A DNA stretch of 63,884 bases, counting the filler, from Eubacteriales bacterium (GTDB lineage: Bacteria; Bacillota; Clostridia; Oscillospirales; CAG-382): assembly GCA_045636665.1 (NCBI GenBank). It is 7 parts of 7 records of this genome, joined end to end, with 100 filler letters (N's around TTAATTAATTAA, not from the genome) between each part and the next. Parts side by side here need not be neighbours in the genome. Positions count along the whole stretch, not along the records: positions 27,710 to 32,921 come from JAZTXY010000028.1; positions 33,022 to 46,061 come from JAZTXY010000029.1; 5 more parts are not named here. One strand, given 5' to 3'. The notes beneath the pieces are model-generated. The model was not told the DNA's origin. It worked only from the letters and a program-made list of their open reading frames with translations, and did no database searches. The position numbers and the translations under genes are program-made. Positions 28,870 to 38,724 of this stretch are shown piece after piece; within the stretch, counting starts at the first letter, position 1; every line of letters begins with the position of its first letter.

Positions 28870-29520
28870 ATGAATATAAACGAAATACTTTCATACTGCG
28901 ACCATACTCTGCTCCTTCAAACCGCAACTCGTGACGAAATAATCGCGCTTTGCGACGATGCGTTAAGGTTCAAAACCGCGTCGGTCTGCATTCCGCCCTG
29001 CTACGTAAAGCTTGCAAGCGATTACTTAAAGGGCAGGGTAAAGGTCTGCACCGTCGTCGGCTTCCCCAACGGCAACACGACAAGCGAATGCAAAGCGTTT
29101 GAAACCAAGCAAGCAGTCGATAACGGCGCCGACGAAATCGATATGGTAATCAATATCGGCGCGCTTAGGGACGGCGATACCGAATACGTCAAAAACGATA
29201 TCCTTGCGGTGCGTAACGCCTGTGTCGGCAAGGTGCTTAAGGTCATCATCGAAACCTGCCTTTTGACCGATGACGAAAAGAAGCTGATGTGCAAAATCGT
29301 GCACGAATCGGGCGCGGATTTCATCAAAACGAGCACGGGATTTTCAAAGGGCGGCGCAACGGTCGAGGATATAAAGCTGTTCGCCGAAAATTGCCCCGAA
29401 ACGCTCAAAATCAAGGCGGCAGGCGGTATTTCGTCGATTGCCGATGCCGAGGAATTTATAAATCTCGGCGCAACCCGTCTTGGCACGAGCCGTATAGTAA
29501 AAATTGCGAAAGAAATGTAA
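28870..29520 (+). CDS. deoC: Deoxyribose-phosphate aldolase
   Basis: DHTLL, VGFPNG, GADEIDMVIN, KVIIET, DFIKTSTGF, KAAGGI, RLGTS. Confidence 0.97.
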   Translation: MNINEILSYCDHTLLLQTATRDEIIALCDDALRFKTASVCIPPCYVKLASDYLKGRVKVCTVVGFPNGNTTSECKAFETKQAVDNGADEIDMVINIGALRDGDTEYVKNDILAVRNACVGKVLKVIIETCLLTDDEKKLMCKIVHESGADFIKTSTGFSKGGATVEDIKLFAENCPETLKIKAAGGISSIADAEEFINLGATRLGTSRIVKIAKEM

Positions 29521-29525
29521 TAATT

Positions 29526-29918
29526 ATGAAAAACGAGCTTATAAAACTTGCGCTTGAAGCGGCAAATAACGCCTATTCACCCTATTCGGGATTCAAGGTC
29601 GGCGCGGCGTTGCTTTGCGGAAACGGAAATATCTACGTCGGCTGTAACATCGAAAATTCATCCTTCACCCCAACCGTCTGCGCCGAAAGAGTCGCGTTTT
29701 TCAAGGCGATAAGCGAAGGAGTGACCGATTTCGTTTCAATCGCAATCGTCGGCGGCAAGGATAAAACGGGCGAAACAATATGCTATCCCTGCGGTGTCTG
29801 CCGTCAGGTTATGACCGAATTTTGCGATGCCGAAAAATTCAAAATAATTCTTCCTCACAAGGACGGAATCGACGAGCTTTTATTAAAAGACCTCCTTCCG
29901 CATGGGTTCAAGCTATGA
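29526..29918 (+). CDS. cdd: Cytidine deaminase
   Basis: AYSPYSGFKVGAAL, GCNIEN, CAER, PCGVCRQ; real start is ATG 29526. Confidence 0.96.
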   Translation: MKNELIKLALEAANNAYSPYSGFKVGAALLCGNGNIYVGCNIENSSFTPTVCAERVAFFKAISEGVTDFVSIAIVGGKDKTGETICYPCGVCRQVMTEFCDAEKFKIILPHKDGIDELLLKDLLPHGFKL

Positions 29919-31219
29919 GAATGTACGATATACTCGATAAAAAACGCAACAATCTTCCGCTTACCGACGAAGAAATCAATTTCTTCGTCAAAGAATACGT
30001 CAACGGCAATATCCCCGATTACCAAGCGTCCGCGCTCTTAATGGCGATATGCCTAAACGGTATGACGAATAAAGAAACCGCAACGCTTACCAAAGCAATG
30101 GCGGAATCGGGCGATATGCTCGACCTGACCGATTTCGGCAACAACACGGTCGATAAGCATTCAACCGGCGGTGTGGGTGACAAAACGACGCTCATCGTCG
30201 CGCCTATCGTCGCCTCTCTCGGCTGCAACGTAGTTAAGCTTTCGGGCAGAGGGCTCGGACACACGGGCGGCACTCTCGATAAGCTCGAAGCCGTAAAGGG
30301 TATGCGTATCGATTTATCGCCCGATGAATTTATGTCTGTCGCAAAGAAATGCGGACTTACCGTCTGCGGCGCAGGCGCAAACGTCGCGCCCGCCGATAAA
30401 AAGCTTTATGCCCTGCGTGACGTCACCGCCACCGTGCAAAGCGTACCGCTTATCGTTTCGAGCATAATGAGTAAAAAATTGGCAGGCGGCGCAAAAAACA
30501 TCGTGCTCGACGTAAAAACGGGGAGCGGCGCTTTTATGAAAACGCTTGAATCGGCGCGTGAATTGGCAAAGGGAATGGTCGAAATCGGCAAGCTTTCGGG
30601 CAAAAACGTGTCGTCGGTCATCACCGATATGGATAAACCGCTCGGCTTTTGCATCGGCAATTCCTTGGAGGTAGCCGAAGCGGTCACACTGCTTAAAAAC
30701 GGCAGGTGCGATAAAGACCTGCTTGAAATCTGCATAACCCTTTCCGCCGAAATGGTTTCGCTTTCAAAGGGAATTTCGGTCGAAGAAGCAAGAACCAAGG
30801 TTAAGGAAACGCTTGAAAACGGCAACGCCTTTAAAACCTTTTGCGATTGGATAACACTGCAAAACGGCGATGCTTTTGCGCTCGATAACCTTGATGAATT
30901 TGCAAACGCAACCTATAAAACCAATCTCTTGTCCCCCTGCGACGGCTATATCGCCTCGTCGGAAGCATCGGGCATCGGCGTTGCAGCAATGATGCTCGGC
31001 GCAGGCAGAAGCAAAAAGGAGGACAATATCGACCACACCGCAGGCATTATCCAAATCAAGCGTGTCGGCGATAAGGTGCAAAAGGGAAGCGTTATCGCAA
31101 TCTTGCAGTCCTCGACAATCAGCGACCATTCATCGGCACAGGCAAAAATGCTTGAATCGTTAACCTTTTCGGAAGAAAAGCCGAACGAGAAGCCGCTTAT
31201 TTACGAAATAATAAGGTAA
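29915..31219 (+). CDS. pdp: Pyrimidine-nucleoside/thymidine phosphorylase
   Basis: DYQASA, DKHSTGGVGDK, SGRGLGHTGGTLDKLE, SIMSKK, LGAGR; ATGA overlap with cdd. Confidence 0.96.
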   Translation: MRMYDILDKKRNNLPLTDEEINFFVKEYVNGNIPDYQASALLMAICLNGMTNKETATLTKAMAESGDMLDLTDFGNNTVDKHSTGGVGDKTTLIVAPIVASLGCNVVKLSGRGLGHTGGTLDKLEAVKGMRIDLSPDEFMSVAKKCGLTVCGAGANVAPADKKLYALRDVTATVQSVPLIVSSIMSKKLAGGAKNIVLDVKTGSGAFMKTLESARELAKGMVEIGKLSGKNVSSVITDMDKPLGFCIGNSLEVAEAVTLLKNGRCDKDLLEICITLSAEMVSLSKGISVEEARTKVKETLENGNAFKTFCDWITLQNGDAFALDNLDEFANATYKTNLLSPCDGYIASSEASGIGVAAMMLGAGRSKKEDNIDHTAGIIQIKRVGDKVQKGSVIAILQSSTISDHSSAQAKMLESLTFSEEKPNEKPLIYEIIR

Positions 31220-31223
31220 TAAC

Positions 31224-31420
31224 AAGAGGGGGGACTTTTTGCAAAAAGCCCCCCTCTTAAACTCCCCTCAAAAACTCCTTATTACAAATTTAATATTAAA
31301 AAAATAAAGAGGGCAGCTTTTTGAAAAAGCACCCTCTGAAATTTTATTCGATTCTTATTGATTTTCAAGTATTTAAAGTTTTTGAAGTTGTTAAGAAACT
31401 TTTTTCAAAAAGTTTCTTAA
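31224..31420. repeat. Cluster of three related palindromes (REP-like)
   Basis: Hairpins at 31224-31258, 31308-31337 and 31391-31420 share the core CTTTTT-N1-2-AAAAAG. Confidence 0.7.
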
Positions 31421-31448
31421 AGTGCAATAACAAAAAACTAAAAAACAC

Positions 31449-31778
31449 TCAAACAATATAAATCTCGCACGGAACGTTTCTTCGCTTGGCGTAGGAAATG
31501 GTAAATTCGGTGCCCTTCGATTCACCGTCCCAAACGGCAATAACAAGGTCAGCGCTGTCAACGATAAGCTTGTTGCGTATCAAAGGTGCGCTTTTTCCGT
31601 AAAGCTCGTAATTGGGATAAAAAATAAGCTTTTGAAGTCCTCGCTCGTCGGCATATTTTTCGGCAAGCGTGTCGATACCGACAGCGCCGCCCGAAATGAT
31701 TACCGTCGCATCGGGTGGGATGTATCTTTTCAAATCGGCGCTGGCAATACTGCGCGAGCCGACAATTGCAACCTTCAT
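31449..31778 (-). CDS. Small SLOG-superfamily protein (YspA/DUF2493-like)
   Basis: MKVAIVGSR, ISGGAVGIDTLAE, APLIRN, WDGESKGT; start reset to ATG 31778. Confidence 0.85.
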   Translation of the reverse strand: MKVAIVGSRSIASADLKRYIPPDATVIISGGAVGIDTLAEKYADERGLQKLIFYPNYELYGKSAPLIRNKLIVDSADLVIAVWDGESKGTEFTISYAKRRNVPCEIYIV

Positions 31779-31950
31779 AAAATCAATCCTATCAAAAAAT
31801 GTGTAACAATTATATCTCAAACCTAATGATTTGTCAACGAATTTTGCGTTCTTACATAAAAAACAGTCATAATAACGATTGATTTCAATGCGGTGTTTTG
31901 TTATAATATATCATGTAGTTTTATATACACACGAAATAAGGTGAAGAAAC

Positions 31951-32921
31951 GTGAAATATTTAATAATGCTCGGCGACGGAATGGCAGATAACGAAATTGC
32001 CGTCCTCGGTAAAAAAACACCGCTTGAAGCGGCAAATAAACCTTGTATGAACTATTTATCCTCCCACGGCTTCAATGGTATGGTCGAAACCGTACCCGAA
32101 GGAATGGTTCCCGAAAGCGATACCGCAAATTTAGCGGTAATGGGCTATGATCCGCGCGTTTATTCAAAAGGACGCTCGCCTCTCGAAGCCGCAAGCATGG
32201 GAATCGAAATGGCGGATAACGAAACGGCTATCCGCGCGAATATCGTCGCTTTGGGCGGAAACGGCGAATATGAAGACCTTGTTATGCTCGACCACTCGTC
32301 GGATGAAATCCCGACCGAGGAAGCGAGAATTTTGATTGAAGCGGTGCAGGAAAAATTCGGCAACGAATTTCTTAAATTCTATTGCGGTATATCCTACCGT
32401 CATTGCCTGATTTGGAAGGATTGCCCCGAATTTACCGATTTTTCTCGCCCTCACGATATAATCGGCAGAAGAATCGGCGATTATCTTCCCAAAAACGAAT
32501 CGTCAAAGCCGATGCTCGAGCTTATGAAGGCATCCTATGACTTTTTGAATAACCATCCCTTGAATATCGAAAGGGAAGCAAGAGGCCTTAAAAAGGCGAA
32601 CAGTATATGGCTTTGGAGCTCCGGCAAAAAGCCTTCGCTTCCGTCGTTTAAGGAAAAAACCGGACTTAACGCATCCGTCGTCTGCGCCGTCGACCTTATC
32701 AAGGGCATCGGCTTCTGCGCAGGGATGAACGTGCCTTACGTCGAAGGCGCGACAGGCGCCGCCGAAACCGATTATAAGGCAAAGCGCGATGCCGCGATTA
32801 ACGAATTTAAAAACGGCGCAGATTTGGTCTATATCCACGTCGAAGCGCCCGATGAATGCGGACATCAAGGCAAGGTTTACGAAAAAATAAAGGCTATCGA
32901 AAATATCGATAAGCATATTCT
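31951..32921 (+). CDS. apgM: Cofactor-independent phosphoglycerate mutase, ApgM family (3' end cut by the gap)
   Basis: LGDGMAD, TPLE, SDTANL..GYDP, GRSPLEAA, HVEAPDECGH. Confidence 0.85.
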
Positions 32922-33021
32922 NNNNNNNNNNNNNNNNNNNNNNNNNNNNNNNNNNNNNNNNNNNNTTAATTAATTAANNNNNNNNNNNNNNNNNNNNNNN
33001 NNNNNNNNNNNNNNNNNNNNN
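32922..33021. other. Artificial contig linker
   Basis: N44-TTAATTAATTAA-N44. Confidence 0.98.
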
Positions 33022-33175
33022 CCTTCTTCGGGAAAGCGTTTTCAACGGGTGTATAGTATTCAAGGGTATAGCTTTTGCCGACCGAGATTACCTCGTCAGC
33101 AGCATCGACCGCAAACATAGAAAACGGAATAAGGAAGAGTGCGGCAACAAGTACGCTTAAAATTCTTTTAATCAT
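33022..33175 (-). CDS. N-terminus of a secreted protein (partial)
   Basis: MIKRILSVLVAALFLIPFSMFAVDA signal peptide; frame runs into the gap. Confidence 0.7.
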
Positions 33176-33190
33176 AAACACCGCCGTTTA

Positions 33191-34732
33191 TCAGGTCGAA
33201 ACTTTATTATATGCTTCAACCGCTTGTTCCATTGCGGTTTGAACCTGAGATTCAATACCCTGCCAAGCAGACGTGATGGTGTTCGAGTTAGCATTGCCGA
33301 TTATCGAGCCGTAGAAGCTCAAAAGCTTGCCGCCCCAGTTATAGATAGCGCCGATGTCATAGAAACGGTTGTTGTAAACGATATCGAGCATTTCAGCATC
33401 GTCGTCGGACTGAACCGCTTGGAGCTGAAGGGTGGTTTGGTAATATGCGCGGATAACTTCTGCATTGTAGAAGCCCATTGCCTGAAGTGCAAACGCGATC
33501 TGAGGAATACGTTCAGCGGGAACGCTCGAGGGGATAGCGAGTGCGGAGGATTGATATACGTTAACGGTGTTGCAGTAGTATTCCTGGTCCTTGTTGAGCT
33601 TCGGAATGGGAAGAACACCGAATTCAAATTCTACGTTAGCGCTCTTAAGGATAGAAACCGAAGAGCTGGTGGTGTTGTAGAACAAGCCTCTTTCGTTAAC
33701 GAACATTTCTTCCAATTCAGCAAAGCCGTATTGGGAAGGACTGGTTGCGGACTGACCTGCGATAAGCTCTGCACGTTGGGTGTTGGTGCTGTCGGACATA
33801 AGCTCGTAAACCTTGTTGAACGCGTTGATGGAAGCTTCGTCGTCAAGAGTAATGCTAAGCTTGTTGGACGAGTCCTTGGTAGCGGTTGCGATATTACAGC
33901 CGTTTACCATAACGGTTGCGCCGTATGCGTGGGAAAGGTTACCGTAGGTAGCGTTGAAGCCCCATTGACCGTTAGTGTCAGGCGCGGAAACGGCGCGGCA
34001 CATTTCGTAATAAAGATCAATGGTAAATTCGCCGTCACGAACGAGCTGATAAATATCGCCGTGCTTGGTAAGTTCGGCATTTTTATTGTACATATCCTTA
34101 TTGAAAAGGGTAAGATAGGTGTTATCGTCATCGGTGATAAGAGCATCGCCTGCGAGGAGGAAATACTTTTCGCCGAGGGAGAGCGCGTTTATAGCTCTTT
34201 GATCCCACCAAGGATGAGAAATATCAACGTAGTCGTTAAGCGACCAGTAATAGTTTTCGGGAATACCTACAACAAGGCGGTCAACCGATTCACAAATAAT
34301 GTCGTATGCATCGGTGTTACCTGCGATAAGGTTCTTAATTTCATCGCCGGGATATTGCGAGGTGGTTACGTCAAAGGTGATACCATAGGTTTCCTCGAGA
34401 TAGTTGTTTCTGTTTTGAACAGCACCGTTAATGGTATTGCCTTCGAGTTCTTCAAGATAAGTAAATTGCTGAACACCGTACTTATGGCGTTCGGTTTCTA
34501 CGCACAAAATACGTATTGCGGCAGAATCTTCATAGTTTTCATTCGCATAGGGGAAGGTTCCGTAATCAACAGGGCCGTAGGAAAATCCTTCTTCCTTGCT
34601 GACGGTATCGGAAGCCACGCTCGAATCGGTCGCGTCGGAAACCGAAGGAGTTTCGTCCGAGCAGGCAGCGAAAATTCCCGTGCACATAAACACGGCAAGG
34701 ATCAAGCTGAGAACTTTGATTTGCATTTTCAT
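33191..34732 (-). CDS. Extracellular solute-binding lipoprotein (carbohydrate ABC-type family)
   Basis: Lipobox IFAAC, Ser-rich linker, PWWD, FNKD, GEFTID, FGVLPIPK; start at ATG 34732 after GGAGG. Confidence 0.8.
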   Translation of the reverse strand: MKMQIKVLSLILAVFMCTGIFAACSDETPSVSDATDSSVASDTVSKEEGFSYGPVDYGTFPYANENYEDSAAIRILCVETERHKYGVQQFTYLEELEGNTINGAVQNRNNYLEETYGITFDVTTSQYPGDEIKNLIAGNTDAYDIICESVDRLVVGIPENYYWSLNDYVDISHPWWDQRAINALSLGEKYFLLAGDALITDDDNTYLTLFNKDMYNKNAELTKHGDIYQLVRDGEFTIDLYYEMCRAVSAPDTNGQWGFNATYGNLSHAYGATVMVNGCNIATATKDSSNKLSITLDDEASINAFNKVYELMSDSTNTQRAELIAGQSATSPSQYGFAELEEMFVNERGLFYNTTSSSVSILKSANVEFEFGVLPIPKLNKDQEYYCNTVNVYQSSALAIPSSVPAERIPQIAFALQAMGFYNAEVIRAYYQTTLQLQAVQSDDDAEMLDIVYNNRFYDIGAIYNWGGKLLSFYGSIIGNANSNTITSAWQGIESQVQTAMEQAVEAYNKVST

Positions 34733-34847
34733 AAAAACCTCCAAAACTTTATCTTTTTATTCTGAGGCATTATAACATATTGCAAAAAATAAAGCAATAG
34801 TATTGAATTATTTTTATTGGTTTTTTTACATATTTTTTCAAATAAAT

Positions 34848-34877
34848 AAAGACGCGTGGCAATTGCCGCGCGTCTTT
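34848..34877 (-). terminator. Terminator after GH36 gene
   Basis: AAAGACGCGTGGC-AATT-GCCGCGCGTCTTT. Confidence 0.8.
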
Positions 34878-34883
34878 GTTTGT

Positions 34884-37064
34884 TTAGTTTATTTTTTCAA
34901 GAATCCAAAGGATGCTGTGGAACTCAAGCGTTGTGGGCGCGTGAAGACCGAAGTTCATAAGCTGATCTCCGCGGTAGGTCGCCCCCGTGAAGCGTTCCTT
35001 ATATATCGCGTCGGGATCGAGTCCGCGCAGGGTTATGCGCTCGTTATTGCCGTAAAGACGGACGTGAGTAAGAACGTAGCCCGCAATACAAACCGATTTA
35101 TCCTCCGAAACGGTACACCAAGCCGAGCAGGGCTCGTTGTGAGGATCGCGTAATCTGTGATATCTTCCGCTTGCAAGCACGCCGCCGATTTCTTTGTAAA
35201 GAGCCGCCGTTTCACGAACCTTTTGCTGTTCGTTTTCGGAAAGCGCGGTCGGATCGAGCTCGTAACCGAACGAGCCCGTAAGCGCAACCGTAAAACGGGT
35301 GTCAAACGGTGTAACGTGTTCGGTTTGGTGATTGGGAGAAGCCGAAACGTGCGCACTCATTGCCGACATCGGATAAACCAAGCTTGTGCCGTACTGAATA
35401 CGCAAGCGCTCGATCGCATCGGAGTTATCGCTTGTCCAAACCTGAGGCATATAGTAAAGCATACCTGCATCGAATCGACCGCCGCCGCCCGAGCAGGATT
35501 CAAACAACACGTCGGGAAATTCCTCGTTCAAGCGCTCAAGCACCGAATAAAGACCGAGATAGTAACGGAAATCAACCTCGCGTTGCTTCGAAGCGCCGAG
35601 TAATGCACTTCCCGCCTCGCTCATATTGCGGTTGAAATCCCACTTAACGTAGGAAATTCCGCCCTCTCGAAGAACCTTCGCAACAGATTCATAAATATAA
35701 TCGCAAACGTCTTGGCGGGTAAGGTCGAGAATAAGCTGATATCTGCCCTCGGAGCGCGGACGGTTTTCATAATGCAAGCACCAATCGGGATGCGCTCTGT
35801 AAAGCTCACTGTCGGGAGAAATCATTTCGGGCTCAAACCAAATGCCCAATTTAACGCCCTTTGCGTTAAGATGATCGGAAATGCGTTTTATACCGCCGGG
35901 GAGCTTTTCTTCGTTAACGAACCAGTCGCCGAGCGACGAATGGTCGTCGTTACGCTTGCCGAACCAGCCGTCGTCGATAACCATAAGCTCAATGCCGAGC
36001 TCTGCGCAGGAATCGCCGATTTTCATAAGACGGTCGGAATCGAATCCGAAATAACAAGCCTCCCAGCTGTTAAGAAGCACGGGTCTTCTTACGTCGCGGT
36101 ATTTACCGCGGCAAAGACGTTCGCGGAATACTCTTGAGAAATTATAGGAAAGCGTATCAAGACCGACCGAGGAATAGCTCATTACACATTCGGGAGTTGT
36201 GAATTTTTCACCCGAAGCAAGCTCCCAACGGAAGCCGTCGGGATTAAGACCGATCACAGCGCGCGCGGTATCGAACTGATTCGCCGCAATCTCTGCCGTA
36301 AAGTTGCCCGAATATACAAGCACAAAGCCGTAAGCATCGCCCGAGGTTTCATCCGCACCGTGAGATGTCATAATAAGGAAAGGATTATGAACGTGCGAGG
36401 AAGCGCCGCGGCGCGAGGACATAATAAATCTGCCATGATTAAGAGGTGCGCGTTCGATATTACGCTCGCGGCAATGGGTACCGAAATTGGAAATCACGTC
36501 GTAATCGATTCTGTCGAAATCGACCGCCGCCGAAGCCGCCGCATCGATATAAACGGTTGCATCGCCGTTGTTAACGATGCTTGTGTAACGGGTAATAACG
36601 TCGTAATCCTCAAGCACGCAGTAATAAAGCTCCGCCTTGATGTTGCTGACGCTGTCAAGCATTTCGATAACGAGGGTTTCGCATTCGTTTTCGTTTTCGC
36701 AATAGATAGCGGGAAGACCCTTTATCCCCTGCTTTCCCTTTTCGATGCGTCTGCCGACAACGCGAAGGTCAACGATGACCGAGCCGTCGGGGTTCGTTAT
36801 CTCAAGCGCGGGCGTACGCATATCCGCTCTGCCCCAGCAGGGATATTCGAGAGGGACGTCGTCGAGAATAAAGCCGTCGCATCCTTCCATACGGGGAGAA
36901 AAAGCCGCTCTTCCCTGCTCGCGGAACATATAAGTGCAGTCGCCGAAGGTCTTTTTGCCCCAATAAAGGTGCAAAAGGAAGCCCTCCTTTTCCTGCATAA
37001 TATAGCTGTAATTCTTTGTGTGGAGCGAATATTGCCCCGTGGCGGAATCGTAGATTATCGACAT
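34884..37064 (-). CDS. Alpha-galactosidase, GH36
   Basis: NSWEA, IDDGWFG, GIWFEPEM, YVKWDFNR, ESCSGGGGRFD, WTSDNSD. Confidence 0.95.
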   Translation of the reverse strand: MSIIYDSATGQYSLHTKNYSYIMQEKEGFLLHLYWGKKTFGDCTYMFREQGRAAFSPRMEGCDGFILDDVPLEYPCWGRADMRTPALEITNPDGSVIVDLRVVGRRIEKGKQGIKGLPAIYCENENECETLVIEMLDSVSNIKAELYYCVLEDYDVITRYTSIVNNGDATVYIDAAASAAVDFDRIDYDVISNFGTHCRERNIERAPLNHGRFIMSSRRGASSHVHNPFLIMTSHGADETSGDAYGFVLVYSGNFTAEIAANQFDTARAVIGLNPDGFRWELASGEKFTTPECVMSYSSVGLDTLSYNFSRVFRERLCRGKYRDVRRPVLLNSWEACYFGFDSDRLMKIGDSCAELGIELMVIDDGWFGKRNDDHSSLGDWFVNEEKLPGGIKRISDHLNAKGVKLGIWFEPEMISPDSELYRAHPDWCLHYENRPRSEGRYQLILDLTRQDVCDYIYESVAKVLREGGISYVKWDFNRNMSEAGSALLGASKQREVDFRYYLGLYSVLERLNEEFPDVLFESCSGGGGRFDAGMLYYMPQVWTSDNSDAIERLRIQYGTSLVYPMSAMSAHVSASPNHQTEHVTPFDTRFTVALTGSFGYELDPTALSENEQQKVRETAALYKEIGGVLASGRYHRLRDPHNEPCSAWCTVSEDKSVCIAGYVLTHVRLYGNNERITLRGLDPDAIYKERFTGATYRGDQLMNFGLHAPTTLEFHSILWILEKIN

Positions 37065-37081
37065 ATTTTCCTCCGAAAAGA

Positions 37082-38449
37082 TTAAAGGTTAGGTATTAAA
37101 GCGGTTGCAACCGCGAAGTATACTACGAGCGCAAGCGCGTCGATGACGGTGGTAATAAACGGACTTGCAACGACCGCAGGGTCGAAGCCCAATTTTTTAA
37201 TAAGCACGGGGAAGCAGCATCCGACCGCCTTTGAAGCGACGACGGTCGCAAAAAGCGTTATACAAACGACAGTTGCAACCAAGGTATCGGCGCCGTCAAG
37301 CCAAATCGCCTTGAAAAATCCGACTATCGCAAGTGAAACACCGCACAAGAGCGAAACGCGAAGCTCTTTCCATAATATACGCAATATATCACCGGGTACA
37401 ACGTCGCCGAGCGAAAGCGCGCGGATTATCGTAACCGAGCTTTGACCGCCCGCGTTACCTGCGGTACCCATAAGCATAGGTATGAATGCGGTAAGTATAA
37501 CAAGGTGGCTCAGCGCCTCCTCGTAAACCGAAATTATCGCACCGGTAAAGGTCGCCGAAAGCATAAGAAGCATCAGCCAAGGCACGCGCGAAAGCCAAGT
37601 CGAAAAAACGCCTACCTTCATATACGGCTTGTCCGACGGAGTAATACCTGCCATCATTTCAACGTCCTCGGTCGCCTCTTCAAGCGCGACGTCGATAGCG
37701 TCGTCGACGGTAACGATGCCGACCAAACGGTTGCCCTTATCCACAACGGGAAGCGCCAAAAAGCCGTAGTCCGAGAACTTTTTAACTACGCTCGATTTAT
37801 CCTCGTCGGTCGTGCTGAATATTACGTTCGTTTCCATAAGGTCCGAAATAAGCGTGTCGGGCTCGGCAAGCATAAGGTCCATTGCCGTAACCACACCGAC
37901 AAGCGTGCGGTCGGATTGCGTAACGTAGCAGGTATAAATGGTTTCCTTTTCCGTACCTACACGGCGGATGCGCGTGAAGGCATCGTTTACCGACATATTT
38001 TTATCAAGACGCACGTATTCGGTGGTCATAATACTGCCGGCGCTGTCCTTGGGGTAATTTAAAATCTGATTTATCTGCGTGCGTGTTTCGGGGTCGGAAT
38101 TGGCAAGCATTCTTGCCGCAACGTTCGCAGGCATTTCCTCGATAATGTCAACCGTATCGTCAACGAAAAGCTCGTCAAGCATCGCTTTAAGCTCGGTGTC
38201 CGACATTCGCTTTATAAGCAACTCCTGCAATTCCGAAGACATATTCGAAAAGCATTCCGCCGCAACGTCCTTTGCCATCATACGGAAAAACACGGGCAAA
38301 CGTTTTTCTTCCAATTCTTCGCAAACCAAAGAGAGGTCAAACGGTTCGACCTCTGCAATAAGAGTGCGGATTTTTTGATAATCGCCGGTTTCAAAAAGCT
38401 CGGCGATTTGTTCGTAAAGCTCTTCTAACTGTTCTTTTTCCATTTTCAA
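37082..38449 (-). CDS. mgtE: Magnesium transporter MgtE
   Basis: N-domain, SAGSIMT, CBS pair, R.PWL, IPMLMGTAGNAGGQ, DPAVVASPFITTVID; start TTG 38449 or ATG 38443. Confidence 0.96.
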   Translation of the reverse strand: MKMEKEQLEELYEQIAELFETGDYQKIRTLIAEVEPFDLSLVCEELEEKRLPVFFRMMAKDVAAECFSNMSSELQELLIKRMSDTELKAMLDELFVDDTVDIIEEMPANVAARMLANSDPETRTQINQILNYPKDSAGSIMTTEYVRLDKNMSVNDAFTRIRRVGTEKETIYTCYVTQSDRTLVGVVTAMDLMLAEPDTLISDLMETNVIFSTTDEDKSSVVKKFSDYGFLALPVVDKGNRLVGIVTVDDAIDVALEEATEDVEMMAGITPSDKPYMKVGVFSTWLSRVPWLMLLMLSATFTGAIISVYEEALSHLVILTAFIPMLMGTAGNAGGQSSVTIIRALSLGDVVPGDILRILWKELRVSLLCGVSLAIVGFFKAIWLDGADTLVATVVCITLFATVVASKAVGCCFPVLIKKLGFDPAVVASPFITTVIDALALVVYFAVATALIPNL

Positions 38450-38501
38450 CCGTTCCTTTCATTAATATAAGTAAAGAAGGAAGCACGGTTAAAATCCAAA
38501 A

Positions 38502-38582
38502 TTAACGCGGAAAAGGCGAGAAATCAACCGATTCCGCGCAAATACTTTTGGGTTTTATGCCGCTACTTCGCGATGAATCCAT
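38502..38582 (-). CDS. Putative 26-aa leader peptide upstream of mgtE (MDSSRSSGIKPKSICAESVDFSPFPR)
   Basis: GAGGTG RBS 8 nt before ATG 38582; TAA at 38504-38502; lies between the promoter and mgtE. Confidence 0.6.
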   Translation of the reverse strand: MDSSRSSGIKPKSICAESVDFSPFPR

Positions 38583-38625
38583 TAAATTCTCACCTCTTTT
38601 TTTCGTTAGAATTATTTCATTATAA

Positions 38626-38654
38626 ATGATAACCCCAAATATTTGATTTGTCAA
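38626..38654 (-). promoter_or_regulatory. Sigma-A promoter of the mgtE leader
   Basis: TTGACA-17 bp-TATCAT. Confidence 0.7.
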
Positions 38655-38724
38655 TTAAAATTTTATTGATTTAATTCACTTTTATGATATAATGTATTCA
38701 TATTGATATAAAAGAGGAAAAAAT

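Noticed and set aside
38450..38620. M-box (ykoK) riboswitch upstream of mgtE
   Set aside because: I could not find its conserved core by eye; a cmscan is still needed to exclude a divergent copy.
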